Numbered from the stretch's first letter, positions 9,335-19,513 are shown. The stretch is DNA of 64,000 nucleotides from an uncultured delta proteobacterium (GCA_963696385.1 CAVOKF010000005.1:1440001-1504000); one strand, 5' to 3'. The notes: generated from the sequence alone by a model not told the origin. Translations and numbers: made by a program.

Positions 9335-11458
9335 TCAGGCGAGCCTTGAAAAGTCGGCAATTCTAAGCATCGACTGGGCGCCGAACGCCAGAGTTTCGAG
9401 ACGCTTGGGCGTGAACGGGTCGTTCGGATCGTTCACGAGCGTTTCCAGGAAGATGCGATCGAGCTCCGTGGCGACCCGTTCCATGCTCATGAGGGCTTCG
9501 CGCACAGCGTCCTCCGACGTGAGGGTCTGCGTCGCGGCGTCGAGGGCTTGAACCAGCTTCTGGATGGCCCGATCGTCGGCTTTCGGACTCCTCTCGAACG
9601 CAGCAAGCGGATGGAGTTGCGGCCGAGCTTCGCGACTGATTCCCCCGAGCCGTTTGGCGATCACCTTCGCCTTGTCGAGCCACGACTCCTTGGCGTCCAC
9701 GACGGATTGAAGCACGCGCGCCCGCGCTGCAGCGGCGACGACGTTTTGCAAAGCCGCGGGTCCGCTTCCCGCGAGCACCGCGTCGGCGACACTTCCGCTC
9801 GTAGAGCTGCCGAGGAGTCCTCGCAGGCGCTCGGTGGCGAACTCGTCGAGCTTCGCGATCGTCTCCTCTCGCGACAAGTCCAGAAGAGTGCCTCCGTAGC
9901 CGTCGTAGGCAAGGCCGACGACGGTCGAAAACGCAACCGCAGAGTAGCCACGATCGATGAGGGTGCGCAGCGCGCCGATGCATGCGCGTCGAAGCGCGAA
10001 CGGGTCTGCAGCACCGGTTGGAGCGAGGCCCACGGCAAAGCAACCAGCGAGGGTATCGAAGCGATCCGCGAGCGCGACCATGGCGGCGACGTCGTCCTGG
10101 GCCACGTCGTCTTGCGCGCCGACGGGCTTGTAATGGTCACGGATCGCGTCGGCCACGTCGCGATCCTCGCCCCGCGCCGCCGCGTAGGCGCGTCCCATGT
10201 CGCCTTGGAGCTCGGGAAACTCGCCGACCATGAGAGTCACGAGATCGCACTTGCAAAGCCGCGCTGCGCGATGGATTGCGCGACGCCGTGCGTCGTTGAC
10301 ATGGAGCGTATCGGCGAGCGCCTCCCCGATGCGAACGATGCGATCGACCTTGTCGCGGACGGTACCGAGCCGATGATGAAATACGATACCGCGCAGTTTC
10401 TCCAAGCGCGCGTCGAGCGGCGTCTTCTGGTCCTCCTCCCAGAAAAAGCGCGCGTCGGCCAGACGGGCGCGCATGACCCGATTCATTCCAGCGCCAATGA
10501 GATCGGGCCGATTGGCGGTATTCACGACGGCGAGGAAATGAGGCAGCAGTTCGTCGTCGCTCTTTTGTACGCAGAAGTATCTCTGATGTCCTCGCGCTAC
10601 GGCGCGAATGACGGCCGCCGGTAGCTCGAGCACGGCAGCGTCGAAAGAGCCGGTGATGACATGAGGCTCCTCGACGAGCGACGCGTTCTCGCCGACCAAC
10701 ATCGGCTCGGGGTCGTAGGCTCCCTGCAGGGCCCGAGCGGCAAGGTCGACGCGGTCCATCATCGTCCGGACGCGCTCGTCGCGATCGACCAAGACGTGAC
10801 GTTCGCGCAGTTGCGCCACGTAGGTCTCGGCGTTGGTCACGTCGAACGGGGTGGGTGCGAGGAACCGGTGCCCGCGCGACGTTCGGCCGCTCTTCGCGCC
10901 GGCAAACACCATGGGGACGACTTCGTCTCCGGCAAGAGCGACCAGCCACTGCACTGGACGCCCGAACGTCGCATCGAGGTCTCCCCATCGCATCGACTTT
11001 CGAAAGGGGATGGATCCACATACGGCCGTCAAGGCACCGCCCAGCAGATCCCTGGCGAGGCCACCTTTCTGGACGCGACGGCCCACGACATAGCGGCCCG
11101 GCCTCTGCTTGGGTCCGGCCGCTCTCTCCACGACGTCGAGCTCGGTCACGGCTACAGCGATTTTCGCTGCGAAGGCTTCGGCCGCTCGCGTGGGCCTACC
11201 GTCCTTGAACGCCGTCGCTTCGGGAGGCCCGACCACCTCCTCGTCGAGATCGAGCTGACGCGTTGCGACGTCTCGAACCAAAACCGCCAGCCGGCGCGGG
11301 GTGCCCAAGGCGTGCACGGTGCCGTGCGTGAGTCGGGCTTTGGCGAGCTCGTCCGCGGCAATTCGGGGAAGTGCGTCGAGTGCCCCGTCGACGAACGAGG
11401 ATGGGAGCTCTTCGACGCCGATTTCCAGCAGAAGAGGCAGAGCGAAAGGCTCGAGCAT
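9335..11458 (-). CDS. glyS: Glycine-tRNA ligase beta subunit
   Basis: LLLEIGVEELP, TPRRLAV, RLADARFF, MVGEFPELQG and DPFALRRA. Confidence 0.97.
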   Translation of the reverse strand: MLEPFALPLLLEIGVEELPSSFVDGALDALPRIAADELAKARLTHGTVHALGTPRRLAVLVRDVATRQLDLDEEVVGPPEATAFKDGRPTRAAEAFAAKIAVAVTELDVVERAAGPKQRPGRYVVGRRVQKGGLARDLLGGALTAVCGSIPFRKSMRWGDLDATFGRPVQWLVALAGDEVVPMVFAGAKSGRTSRGHRFLAPTPFDVTNAETYVAQLRERHVLVDRDERVRTMMDRVDLAARALQGAYDPEPMLVGENASLVEEPHVITGSFDAAVLELPAAVIRAVARGHQRYFCVQKSDDELLPHFLAVVNTANRPDLIGAGMNRVMRARLADARFFWEEDQKTPLDARLEKLRGIVFHHRLGTVRDKVDRIVRIGEALADTLHVNDARRRAIHRAARLCKCDLVTLMVGEFPELQGDMGRAYAAARGEDRDVADAIRDHYKPVGAQDDVAQDDVAAMVALADRFDTLAGCFAVGLAPTGAADPFALRRACIGALRTLIDRGYSAVAFSTVVGLAYDGYGGTLLDLSREETIAKLDEFATERLRGLLGSSTSGSVADAVLAGSGPAALQNVVAAAARARVLQSVVDAKESWLDKAKVIAKRLGGISREARPQLHPLAAFERSPKADDRAIQKLVQALDAATQTLTSEDAVREALMSMERVATELDRIFLETLVNDPNDPFTPKRLETLAFGAQSMLRIADFSRLA

Positions 11459-11473
11459 GAACGGAGCGGAACA

Positions 11474-11550
11474 CTTAGTACAGTGCCCCGCTAAACGGTA
11501 CCCGAGCTGCGCTCGGTACGCCTAGCGTTGCAGGCGGGCGCTCTACTAAG
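11474..11550. repeat. Imperfect 77-bp palindrome (REP/MITE-like) between divergent glyS and trmO
   Basis: CTTAGTACAGTGCCCCGC pairs with GCGGGCGCTCTACTAAG; inner hairpin GTACCCGAG/CTCGGTAC. Confidence 0.55.
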
Positions 11551-11717
11551 ACGGTTTCCCTGGAGCTTCTGGCCCGAGACCACCCATCGCCTCCCGGCGA
11601 CGGAAGGTCACCGCCCGGCTGATCCCGTTGTTCTGGGGCGGCGTACTTCAGTGCGGAAGCGATGCGAGGTCGAGGACCCGGGCGTGCGGGCGGAGCGGTA
11701 GTAGCGTAGCTCGTGCG

Positions 11718-12506
11718 ATGCCCGGCCCGCCCCGATACGTCTTCGATCCCATCGGGATCGTGCGCTCGCCCTTCGTGGAGAGGGTTGCGGCACCGCGGCA
11801 GGCGGTCGTTGCGGCCGACGCGGTCGGTCGCATCGAGCTGTATCCCGGTCATGGATACGAGCACGCGCTCGAGGGGCTCGAACAGTGGCATCGGGCGTGG
11901 GTTGTCTTCGTGTTCCACAAGAACGTCGAACAAGGGCGGGGATGGCGACCGAAGGTGACGCCGCCGCGAAGCGAGCAGAGACAGGGCGTCTTCGCTACGC
12001 GATCGCCGCATCGACCCAACCCCATTGGTCTTAGCGCCGTGACCGTTGAGCGGGTCTCTGACCTCGTGGTTCACGTCCGCGGGATCGACATTCTCGACGG
12101 CACGCCGGTGCTCGATCTCAAGCCGTACGTGGCCTATGCCGATGCCCATCCCGATGGGCATGCGGGGTGGCTGGCTGCAGCGGATCCGGTAGCGCCTTGG
12201 CAAGTGACGTTCTCCCAGCACGCCCAAGCCCAGCTCGAGTGGCTGCGGCTCCACGACGTCGACTTGGCGCCCGCGATCCGGTCGACTCTTGCTCTCGGTC
12301 CGCAGCCGCACGCGTATCGACGCATCCGCAAGCGATGCGGCTCGATGACGTTGGCGATCAAAGATTGGCGGGTCGACTTCGCGATCGCGGGGCGGACCCT
12401 GTCGGTCGACGGATTGCGCACCGGGTATCGGGCGCGCGACCTCGCAGCCAACCCCACGCTCGAACTCCATAGAGCGTTCGTGGTGCAATTCCCATCGAGC
12501 GTTTGA
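11718..12506 (+). CDS. trmO: tRNA (t6A37-N6)-methyltransferase TrmO/TsaA
   Basis: PIGIVRSPF, GVFATRSPHRPNPIGLS and DGTPVLDLKPY; start uncertain. Confidence 0.93.
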   Translation: MPGPPRYVFDPIGIVRSPFVERVAAPRQAVVAADAVGRIELYPGHGYEHALEGLEQWHRAWVVFVFHKNVEQGRGWRPKVTPPRSEQRQGVFATRSPHRPNPIGLSAVTVERVSDLVVHVRGIDILDGTPVLDLKPYVAYADAHPDGHAGWLAAADPVAPWQVTFSQHAQAQLEWLRLHDVDLAPAIRSTLALGPQPHAYRRIRKRCGSMTLAIKDWRVDFAIAGRTLSVDGLRTGYRARDLAANPTLELHRAFVVQFPSSV

Positions 12507-12517
12507 GGTGCAGCACG

Positions 12518-13969
12518 TCAGTCGCCGAAAAGATCGAGCGTTCGCCGATCCGCGGACGCCCTTCGAGCGCGCTTCTCACCCCAATGCCTGAGGGCTTGAA
12601 TTTTTTCTTCATAAAGTGTGGCCAGCGGGATCAATTCGCGTGCGGCGGCACGCAGGTGATCGTGCGTGAGCGGCTTCCGTTCTGCGTACGCCCGAAAGAG
12701 TCCTCCGGTGACCATCTGCTCGATCTCGGCGCCGGACCAATGCTCGAGCGGGTGGGTTAGCTCTGCGACCGGGTAGGTCGCAGGATCGCGTCCCCGGCGC
12801 TTGAGGTGCACGGCGAGGATGAGAGCCCTCTCCTGAGGCGACGGCAGGTCGACGAAGAACACTTCGTCGAATCGGCCGCGCCGCGCCAGCTCCGGCGGAA
12901 GGCGGTCGACTTCATTGGCCGTTGCCGCCACGAACACAGGGGCCCGCCGCTCCTGGAGCCAGGTTAGAAAGGCTCCGAATACCCGTGCTTGCGCCGCGTC
13001 GCCGGACTGTCCACCCACGCCGCTCAGGCCCTTTTCGATCTCGTCGACCCACAGGACCACGGGGGCTACGGCTTCCACCGTGCGCGCCGCCTCATGGATC
13101 GCGTGCTCCGGTGAGGCCGCTGCGAACACCTCGGCAAAGTCGAGACGGACGAGGGGCAGCGAAAGAACGCGGGCCGTTGCTTTGCTCACGAGTGACTTGC
13201 CGCAACCCTGCACTCCGCTCACGAGCACTCCGCGCGGCTCAGCCAGGCCGAACGCTCGTGCGCCATCGTCGAACGCGAGGACGCGCGTTCGAAGCCAACC
13301 CTTGAGGACATCGAGCCCCCCGATGTCCTCCAGCGACACCTCCGCATCCACCAGTTCGAGACACGCGCTTCTACGCAGCGCGCCACGCTTTTCGGCGATC
13401 ACGTGGCGTAGGGCGTCGGCGCTGTCGTCCTGTGCGAGCGACCGAGCGAAGCGGAACGCGCGGCGTGCCTCGTCGAGGGTCAAGCCGAGGGCCGCGCGAA
13501 CGAGCGCGTCGCGGAAAGCGACGGGCGGCTGGTTCTCGGCATCGAACGCCGCCGAGAGCGCCTCGACGTCCGGAAGGGGTAACGTCAGGATGCGCACATC
13601 GCGATCGAGTTCCGGCGGTAAGCTCGCCATCGGCATCACGAGCACCAGCGGCAGCGGGCGGCGCGTGGCGGCGGCATCGCGCAAGGCGCGCACCACCCGA
13701 GCCTCTCTCAGCCATGGATGGAAATCGAGCATGACCCACACGATGTCCGGGTCGCCCGACCGCGCAGCCTGTTCGAGAGCGGCGATGGGGTCGCGCGCTT
13801 CGGGGTCGTGATCGAAGCCTCGGGTGGCGGTCCACTCGACGACTCGCTTCGCCCGGAAAGCGTGACCGACGAGCGTGATCGCTCGACGCTCTTCGTGGGT
13901 CACGACGCAAACGATGGGAGTCGTCGCGATCGCAGCCGCTCGCAAATCGCGCAGGAACGACGTTTCCAT
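12518..13969 (-). CDS. AAA+ ATPase, Ycf46-like
   Basis: [12 protein letters not shown], Walker A GVQGCGKS, Walker B LWVDEIEK, and [14 protein letters not shown]. Confidence 0.88.
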   Translation of the reverse strand: METSFLRDLRAAAIATTPIVCVVTHEERRAITLVGHAFRAKRVVEWTATRGFDHDPEARDPIAALEQAARSGDPDIVWVMLDFHPWLREARVVRALRDAAATRRPLPLVLVMPMASLPPELDRDVRILTLPLPDVEALSAAFDAENQPPVAFRDALVRAALGLTLDEARRAFRFARSLAQDDSADALRHVIAEKRGALRRSACLELVDAEVSLEDIGGLDVLKGWLRTRVLAFDDGARAFGLAEPRGVLVSGVQGCGKSLVSKATARVLSLPLVRLDFAEVFAAASPEHAIHEAARTVEAVAPVVLWVDEIEKGLSGVGGQSGDAAQARVFGAFLTWLQERRAPVFVAATANEVDRLPPELARRGRFDEVFFVDLPSPQERALILAVHLKRRGRDPATYPVAELTHPLEHWSGAEIEQMVTGGLFRAYAERKPLTHDHLRAAARELIPLATLYEEKIQALRHWGEKRARRASADRRTLDLFGD

Positions 13970-15811
13970 TCATGCCTCCGTCGTGACGCGCAGGACTTCT
14001 TCGAAGCTTGTCATTCCTTTCGCGAGCTTTTTGATGGCGGCCTCGCGCAGCGTTAGAAGGCCATCGCGGCGGGCCTGCTTCAAAATCTCCGCGGAGCTCG
14101 ATTTGCCCGCGATGAGCTTTCGGATCTTGTCGTCGACCTCGAGAACTTCGAAGAGGCCGGTGCGCCCGTACAATCCGGTTGAACGGCACGAAACGCATCC
14201 CTCACCCAAGGCGACCATCAGCTCGGGCTCCTGACCCTGAGCGCGAAGTTCGTCCATGTTTAAGCCAAGGAGCCCCATTTGATCGGCGGTCAAGAACGTC
14301 TCGACGCGACACGACGGGCACACCATCCGTACGAGGCGCTGGGCGATGACGCCGACCAACGTCGACGAAAGAACGAATGGGTCCACCCCGAGCTCCAGAA
14401 GTCGGGTCACCGCGCTCGACGCGTCGTTCGTGTGCAACGTGGCGAGCACCATGTGCCCCGTCAATGCCGCCTGAAGCGCAATCTCGGCCGTCTCGCCATC
14501 ACGCACCTCCCCGACCATGATGATATCCGGGTCCTGACGCAAGACATGCCGGAGCGCTTCGGCGAACCCGAACCCGATCTTTGGTTGGACGGAGACTTGA
14601 TTGAATGCGTCGACTACGATTTCGATGGGGTCCTCGATCGTCACGACGTTGACGTCGGGCGTCGCTATCGACCGGAGGGCTGCGTAGAGCGTTGTCGTTT
14701 TGCCGCTGCCCGTCGGGCCGGTCACCAGAAGCAGGCCATAGGGTCGCGCGAGAAATTTTTCGGCGATCTGGAGCTGGGTGTCGAACAGCCCGAGCTCGGG
14801 CACATCGCGCAAGAGCGCGCTCGGGTCGAAGATACGAAGGACCAATTTTTCGCCAAACGCCACCGCAATGGTCGAAACGCGCATCTCGACCTCGCGGTCG
14901 CCCCGCGCGGTCTTGATCCGTCCGTCCTGTGGCCGACGCTTTTCGGCGATGTCGAGACGAGCGAGAGTCTTGATGCGCGACACGACCGCCGGGTGGACCG
15001 CCTTCGGCAACGTGTGAACGTTATGAAGGACACCGTCTATCCGCATCCGTACGGCCGAATGCTCGCGGCGCGGTTCGACGTGGACGTCGCTTGCGCGCTG
15101 GTCGAGCGCATAGTGCAACAAGTACTCCACTGCGGCGACGACGTGGCTGTCGGTTGCCTCGATCTCGTCGACGCGCTTGAGTTTCACGTAGCGCTCGAGG
15201 TTGCCGATGTCGACGCCGGTGGTGGCTTGTTGCTCTGCCGCGTCGACCGCGCCGCGGAAACCGTAAAAGTCCGTGATGAGCCGCTGAATGTCGCTGGGGG
15301 TGGAGACGACAAGTCGCGGCTCCCTCCTCACGTGCGCCTCCAACGCCTGGACCAGCGCGTGGTCGAGAGGGTCGCCGACCGCGACCGTGACGGTCCGATC
15401 GTCGGCGGCGACGACCAGCGCGCCGTGCCGACGCGCGAACGGCCGCGAAAGAAGCTGCGGTGCAAGCTTCGCATCAATCTTGAGAGGATCGAGGTCGATG
15501 AAGGGCAAGCCGACGTGGTGGGCGAGCGCCTGCATCACGGCACGTTCCACGAGAGGAAACCGTGCGTCGCCGGCCTGGCCGAGGCCCATCGCAGCGATGA
15601 CTTCGGCGGGGTGCACGTGTTCGCCGCCGCCCCCGCCGGCCCGCCTGCGCGTCCCCGTCGTGCGCGATCGGATCAGTCGCGCATGCATGGTGTCACCTCG
15701 AGCAATCGCGTCCCGGCGCTGAGCCTCCGTCAATAGACCGGCTTGCACGAGCAAGCCGCAGAGGTAATCGAGGGTCAGGACCGCGCTGGCCGCGGGGGCT
15801 TTGGGGGACAT
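13970..15811 (-). CDS. GspE/PilB-family secretion/pilus extension ATPase
   Basis: ASDVHVEP, LDIAEKRRPQDGRI, GPTGSGKTTTLY, TIEDPIE, LRQDPDIIMVGEVRD and Zn motif CPSC...GCVSC. Confidence 0.93.
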   Translation of the reverse strand: MSPKAPAASAVLTLDYLCGLLVQAGLLTEAQRRDAIARGDTMHARLIRSRTTGTRRRAGGGGGEHVHPAEVIAAMGLGQAGDARFPLVERAVMQALAHHVGLPFIDLDPLKIDAKLAPQLLSRPFARRHGALVVAADDRTVTVAVGDPLDHALVQALEAHVRREPRLVVSTPSDIQRLITDFYGFRGAVDAAEQQATTGVDIGNLERYVKLKRVDEIEATDSHVVAAVEYLLHYALDQRASDVHVEPRREHSAVRMRIDGVLHNVHTLPKAVHPAVVSRIKTLARLDIAEKRRPQDGRIKTARGDREVEMRVSTIAVAFGEKLVLRIFDPSALLRDVPELGLFDTQLQIAEKFLARPYGLLLVTGPTGSGKTTTLYAALRSIATPDVNVVTIEDPIEIVVDAFNQVSVQPKIGFGFAEALRHVLRQDPDIIMVGEVRDGETAEIALQAALTGHMVLATLHTNDASSAVTRLLELGVDPFVLSSTLVGVIAQRLVRMVCPSCRVETFLTADQMGLLGLNMDELRAQGQEPELMVALGEGCVSCRSTGLYGRTGLFEVLEVDDKIRKLIAGKSSSAEILKQARRDGLLTLREAAIKKLAKGMTSFEEVLRVTTEA

Positions 15812-15886
15812 GGGTACGTTACGCGTTCAGCGTACACTGACGTCGAGGTCGACGGTTGCGGTCGCCGCGCTACTCTGGCGGCTACC

Positions 15887-17296
15887 ATGACCCCGCCCTC
15901 CATCGACGCCGAGCTCGCCGAGCTGCTCCGTCTCGGTGATCGCATCGTCCGTCTTGCTCGGGAGCGCGGGGGGGCGGATCTGATCGCCGAATGCGTCCTC
16001 CGCTCGGGCGCCGAGCTTTCTGCGCGCGTGCGGAAAGGTCAGCCCGAGCTCGTGGAGGAGGCGGGGACGCGTTCCGCTGGACTCCGGGTCATCCAGGACC
16101 AGCGGGTCGCGACGACGTCCACGAGCGATCTCACGGAGGCGGGCATTCATCGTTTCGTGTCCGATGCCGTGGAGCTCGTGGGCTTGTCCCAACACGATCC
16201 GTTCGCCGGACCGGCGGATCCGAAGCTATTGTGCGACCCGGCCGCCATGCCGGATCTGCAGCTGTACGATCCCGCCGGGGGCGGCGTCGATGCGGCTCAG
16301 GCGATTGCGATGGCGGGCGAAGGCGAGGCGGCGGCGTTCGCGTTCGACGCGCGCATCACCAACAGTGAGGGGGCCACGTTCGGGCGTACCGCCGGCGGCG
16401 CAGCCGTCGTTCTTTCGAGCGGCTTTCGCGCGAGCAACAAGGGATCGTATCAATCGCTGAGCGTCGTGCCGGTAGCCGCGGACGAAGGCGGCAAGAACCG
16501 ACGTGGCCACCATTGGACGGGGCGTCGCCACCTTGCGGAGCTGGACTCGCCCGTTTCCGTCGGTCGCGAGGCGGCGCGGCGCACTCTCCGAAAGCTTGGC
16601 GCTCGCACGGTGCCGACGTGCGAAGTCCCCGTGGTCTTCGATCCGGACGCGGCGCGTAGCATCCTCGGGATGCTGGCCGGGTGCGTGATGGGCGGTGCGA
16701 TATGGCGGAAATCAAGCTACCTGGTCGACCGAGAGGGAACGCGAGTCGCCAGCGATCTGGTGACCGTCATCGACGACCCGCTGATCCCGCGTGCACCCGG
16801 ATCGCGTCCGTTCGATGGAGAGGGGCTTGCCAGCCGCCGAAACGTCGTGATCGACCGAGGGGTGCTTCGCATGTACCTCTGCGACAGCTATTCAGCGCGT
16901 AAGCTCGGGCGCACGAGCACGGCAAGTGCCTCCCGAGGGGGTGGCGCTTCGGTTGGCGCGAGCACGTCGAATTTCATTCTCCAACCTGGGACCGACTCGA
17001 ACGATGCCATCGTCCGCGGTACCCCGCGCGGTCTCTATGTGACCGAAATGATGGGGTTCGGGTTCAACGCGGTAACTGGAGACTTCTCGCGAGGGGCGAC
17101 CGGGTTTTGGATCGACAAGGGTGAGTTGTCGTATCCCGTCGGTGAAGTCACGATCTCGTTGAACGTCGACGCTCTTTGGCAAAGTGTCGACGCGGTTGGC
17201 AACGATCTCGATTCTCGCACAGCCACGGCCGCGCCGACGATTCGCGTTGCGCGAATGACCGTCGCGGGCGGCGACGTGGACGTAGCATCCCGATGA
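15887..17296 (+). CDS. pmbA: TldD/PmbA family protein (PmbA/TldE type)
   Basis: DARITNSEG, SRPFDGEG, GFNAVTGDFSRGATGFWI; no HExxGH metalloprotease motif seen. Confidence 0.88.
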   Translation: MTPPSIDAELAELLRLGDRIVRLARERGGADLIAECVLRSGAELSARVRKGQPELVEEAGTRSAGLRVIQDQRVATTSTSDLTEAGIHRFVSDAVELVGLSQHDPFAGPADPKLLCDPAAMPDLQLYDPAGGGVDAAQAIAMAGEGEAAAFAFDARITNSEGATFGRTAGGAAVVLSSGFRASNKGSYQSLSVVPVAADEGGKNRRGHHWTGRRHLAELDSPVSVGREAARRTLRKLGARTVPTCEVPVVFDPDAARSILGMLAGCVMGGAIWRKSSYLVDREGTRVASDLVTVIDDPLIPRAPGSRPFDGEGLASRRNVVIDRGVLRMYLCDSYSARKLGRTSTASASRGGGASVGASTSNFILQPGTDSNDAIVRGTPRGLYVTEMMGFGFNAVTGDFSRGATGFWIDKGELSYPVGEVTISLNVDALWQSVDAVGNDLDSRTATAAPTIRVARMTVAGGDVDVASR

Positions 17297-17622
17297 CCCC
17301 GGACGACCTCAAGGCCCTCCGCAGGGAGCTGGCGTGTACCGCGAAGGAGCTCGCTGGAGCCCTTGGAGTCGACCAGGCAACGGTGCTGGCTTGGGAGAGG
17401 GCAGAGCGCTTCCCAACGAAAGCCTACATCGAGCGGATGATGGTCATCCGCGCCGGGGGCCCGGGCGCCGTTCCACGTAAATCGAAGGCCGGGGCTGATT
17501 CCGTCCACGCACTCGCCGACCCGGTCGTCTGGGAGATCCTCCGGAAGCTCGTGGCACACAAGAAGTTGCGCGACGAGGTCTCGAAGCTCGCCGAGCCGTA
17601 TTCGGACCCTGCAAAGGATTGA
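17293..17622 (+). CDS. XRE-family helix-turn-helix protein
   Basis: LKALRRELACTAKELAGALGVDQATVLAWERAERFP; ATGA overlap with pmbA. Confidence 0.85.
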   Translation: MTPDDLKALRRELACTAKELAGALGVDQATVLAWERAERFPTKAYIERMMVIRAGGPGAVPRKSKAGADSVHALADPVVWEILRKLVAHKKLRDEVSKLAEPYSDPAKD

Positions 17623-17651
17623 CGGTCGCTGGGCCCTCGCGACCCCGCGAG

Positions 17652-18725
17652 CTACGGCTCATCATCGAGGTCCCCTGTGGGCGGTGCGCTAGGGATGACG
17701 GTGGACGGATCATCGAGGTCCCCTGTGGGCGGTGCGCTAGGGATGACGGTGGACGGATCATCGAGGTCCCCTGTGGGCGGTGCGCTAGGGATGACGGTGG
17801 ACGGATCATCGAGGTCCCCTGTGGGCGGTGCGTCGGGGATGTCGGTGTCGCGGTTTTCGCCGTCGACGTCTGCCGGGGCGCCTGCGGGCTCATCGGCCCG
17901 ATCGAGTTCGGGCGTGCGCAGAGTGTCTGGTTCGGTGAACGCCGCGCCCAGTCCCTCGTCCGCAACCCGTCGCGAGTCCTCCGAGAGCTCCGTGAATTCG
18001 CGCAGCGTCGGCAGGTCCTTGAGCGACTTGAGCCCGAAGAATTGGAGAAAGTGCGTCGTGGTTCCGTAGAGCAGGGGTCGGCCCGGCTCATCCTTCTTTC
18101 CGAGGATCCGCAACAAGTCGCGCTCGAGGAGGAGTTTGATGGTCGCGCCGCTGTCGACCCCACGAATCTCGTCAATCTCGGGACGCGTTATCGGTTGCCG
18201 ATAGGCCGCGATGGCCAGCGTCTCGACCTGTGCGCGAGTGAGCTTCACCGGGCGCTCGGCGCTCAAGTCGCGGACGAACGGAGCGAACTGAACGCTGGTG
18301 CGAAATGCCCAGCCCCCCGCAATCTCGTCGAGCACGATCCCACGTTGGCCGTAGTGCTCCTTCAGTTCGCGCATCATCACCTTGACGTGCTTGAGCGGTG
18401 CAGAAGCCATCTTCGCGAGCTCAGCGGAAGGTTGGGGCTTGTCGCTGGCGAAGACGAGGGCTTCCAGCAGGCCGCGCAAATGCTCGTGGGAAAGGTCACG
18501 AGCCTGCTCGACGTCCGGCGAGACGTCTTCGTCGACGCAACGGGCGACCGACGGCCCGGGCTCCGTGACCTCGCGAGACTCGCCGGAATCCGACTCGGTG
18601 GCGGGCGGGATCGGGGGAGGCGCGATGGCCTCGTGCGGTCTGCCTGCCGCGTTTTCCGCGTTCGCTCGGGCCGCGTCGAAAGCAGCGAGCTCGGATGAGC
18701 CGCCCCCGCTTTTCTGCGGGCTCAC
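17652..18725 (-). CDS. scpB: SMC-Scp complex subunit ScpB with acidic repeat tail
   Basis: LEALVFAS, ETLAIAAYRQPITRPEIDEIRGV and GRPLLYGTT...FGLKSLKDLP. Confidence 0.95.
   Translation of the reverse strand: MSPQKSGGGSSELAAFDAARANAENAAGRPHEAIAPPPIPPATESDSGESREVTEPGPSVARCVDEDVSPDVEQARDLSHEHLRGLLEALVFASDKPQPSAELAKMASAPLKHVKVMMRELKEHYGQRGIVLDEIAGGWAFRTSVQFAPFVRDLSAERPVKLTRAQVETLAIAAYRQPITRPEIDEIRGVDSGATIKLLLERDLLRILGKKDEPGRPLLYGTTTHFLQFFGLKSLKDLPTLREFTELSEDSRRVADEGLGAAFTEPDTLRTPELDRADEPAGAPADVDGENRDTDIPDAPPTGDLDDPSTVIPSAPPTGDLDDPSTVIPSAPPTGDLDDPSTVIPSAPPTGDLDDEP
17661..17832. repeat. 48-bp tandem repeat (about 3.6 copies) in the scpB 3' end
   Basis: ATCATCGAGGTCCCCTGTGGGCGGTGCGCTAGGGATGACGGTGGACGG at 17661, 17709 and 17757, partial at 17805; encodes PPTGDLDDPSTVIPSA. 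Confidence 0.95.
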
Positions 18726-19513
18726 CGCGGGTCTCCCTTGCCGTCGTCGGTGATGGCGATTTCGACGTAAAGCGGTCCGAGGGGCTCACTTTGGAAGAGG
18801 CGCGTCATTTTGAGGCGGGTCATCTCGAGGAGGGCCAAAAATGTGATCACCATGTCGAACTTCGTCGCGGATCCTTCGAACATCTCTTCGAACGCGAGTC
18901 GCTTTCGCGCAGTGACGAGATCGAACAGCTCACCAATCCGATCCGTGACGCTGATTCGATCCGCAACGATGTCGTGCGACAATTTGATCTTGCTTCGGTC
19001 CAGCACGCGCTGAAACGCATCGACCAGGACGAAGAGCGGGACGTCGCTGAGAGGCGGCAATCCCTTCCGAGTCGCCTCTTCAACGGCCATGCCACGCGGA
19101 AACACGTCGCGGCCGGCAACGCCACGGGAGGCGAGCTGCTCGCCAGCGTGTTTGTATTTCTGGTACTCGAGCAAGCGGCGGATGAGGGCTTCGCGCGGAT
19201 CGATTTCCTCGAGGTTCTCTGGGTCATCGTCCTGCCCGGGCGGTGGCACCGGCAACAGCATCTTCGACTTGATGTGCGCCAGCGTCGCGGCCATCACGAG
19301 GTACTCGGACGCAACGTCGAGCTGGATGAGTTGCATGACCGCGAGATAATCCAAGTATTTTTCGGTCACGAACGAGATCGGAATGTCCAGGATGTTGAGC
19401 TCGTGCTTTTGGCAAAGGTGCAGCAGCAAGTCGAGCGGGCCCTCGAACTGCGGAAGATGCACAGACCAAGGTGCTGCGCCAGAACCGGAATCGGAGGCTT
19501 CGCCGTCGGACAC
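18722..19513 (-). CDS. scpA: Segregation and condensation protein ScpA
   Basis: FEGPLDLLLHL, EYLVMAATLAHIKSKMLLP and TFLALLEM. Confidence 0.96.
   Translation of the reverse strand: MSDGEASDSGSGAAPWSVHLPQFEGPLDLLLHLCQKHELNILDIPISFVTEKYLDYLAVMQLIQLDVASEYLVMAATLAHIKSKMLLPVPPPGQDDDPENLEEIDPREALIRRLLEYQKYKHAGEQLASRGVAGRDVFPRGMAVEEATRKGLPPLSDVPLFVLVDAFQRVLDRSKIKLSHDIVADRISVTDRIGELFDLVTARKRLAFEEMFEGSATKFDMVITFLALLEMTRLKMTRLFQSEPLGPLYVEIAITDDGKGDPR

Noticed and set aside
17661..17832. scpB repeats as a CRISPR array
   Set aside because: Head-to-tail in-frame tandem copies with no unique spacers
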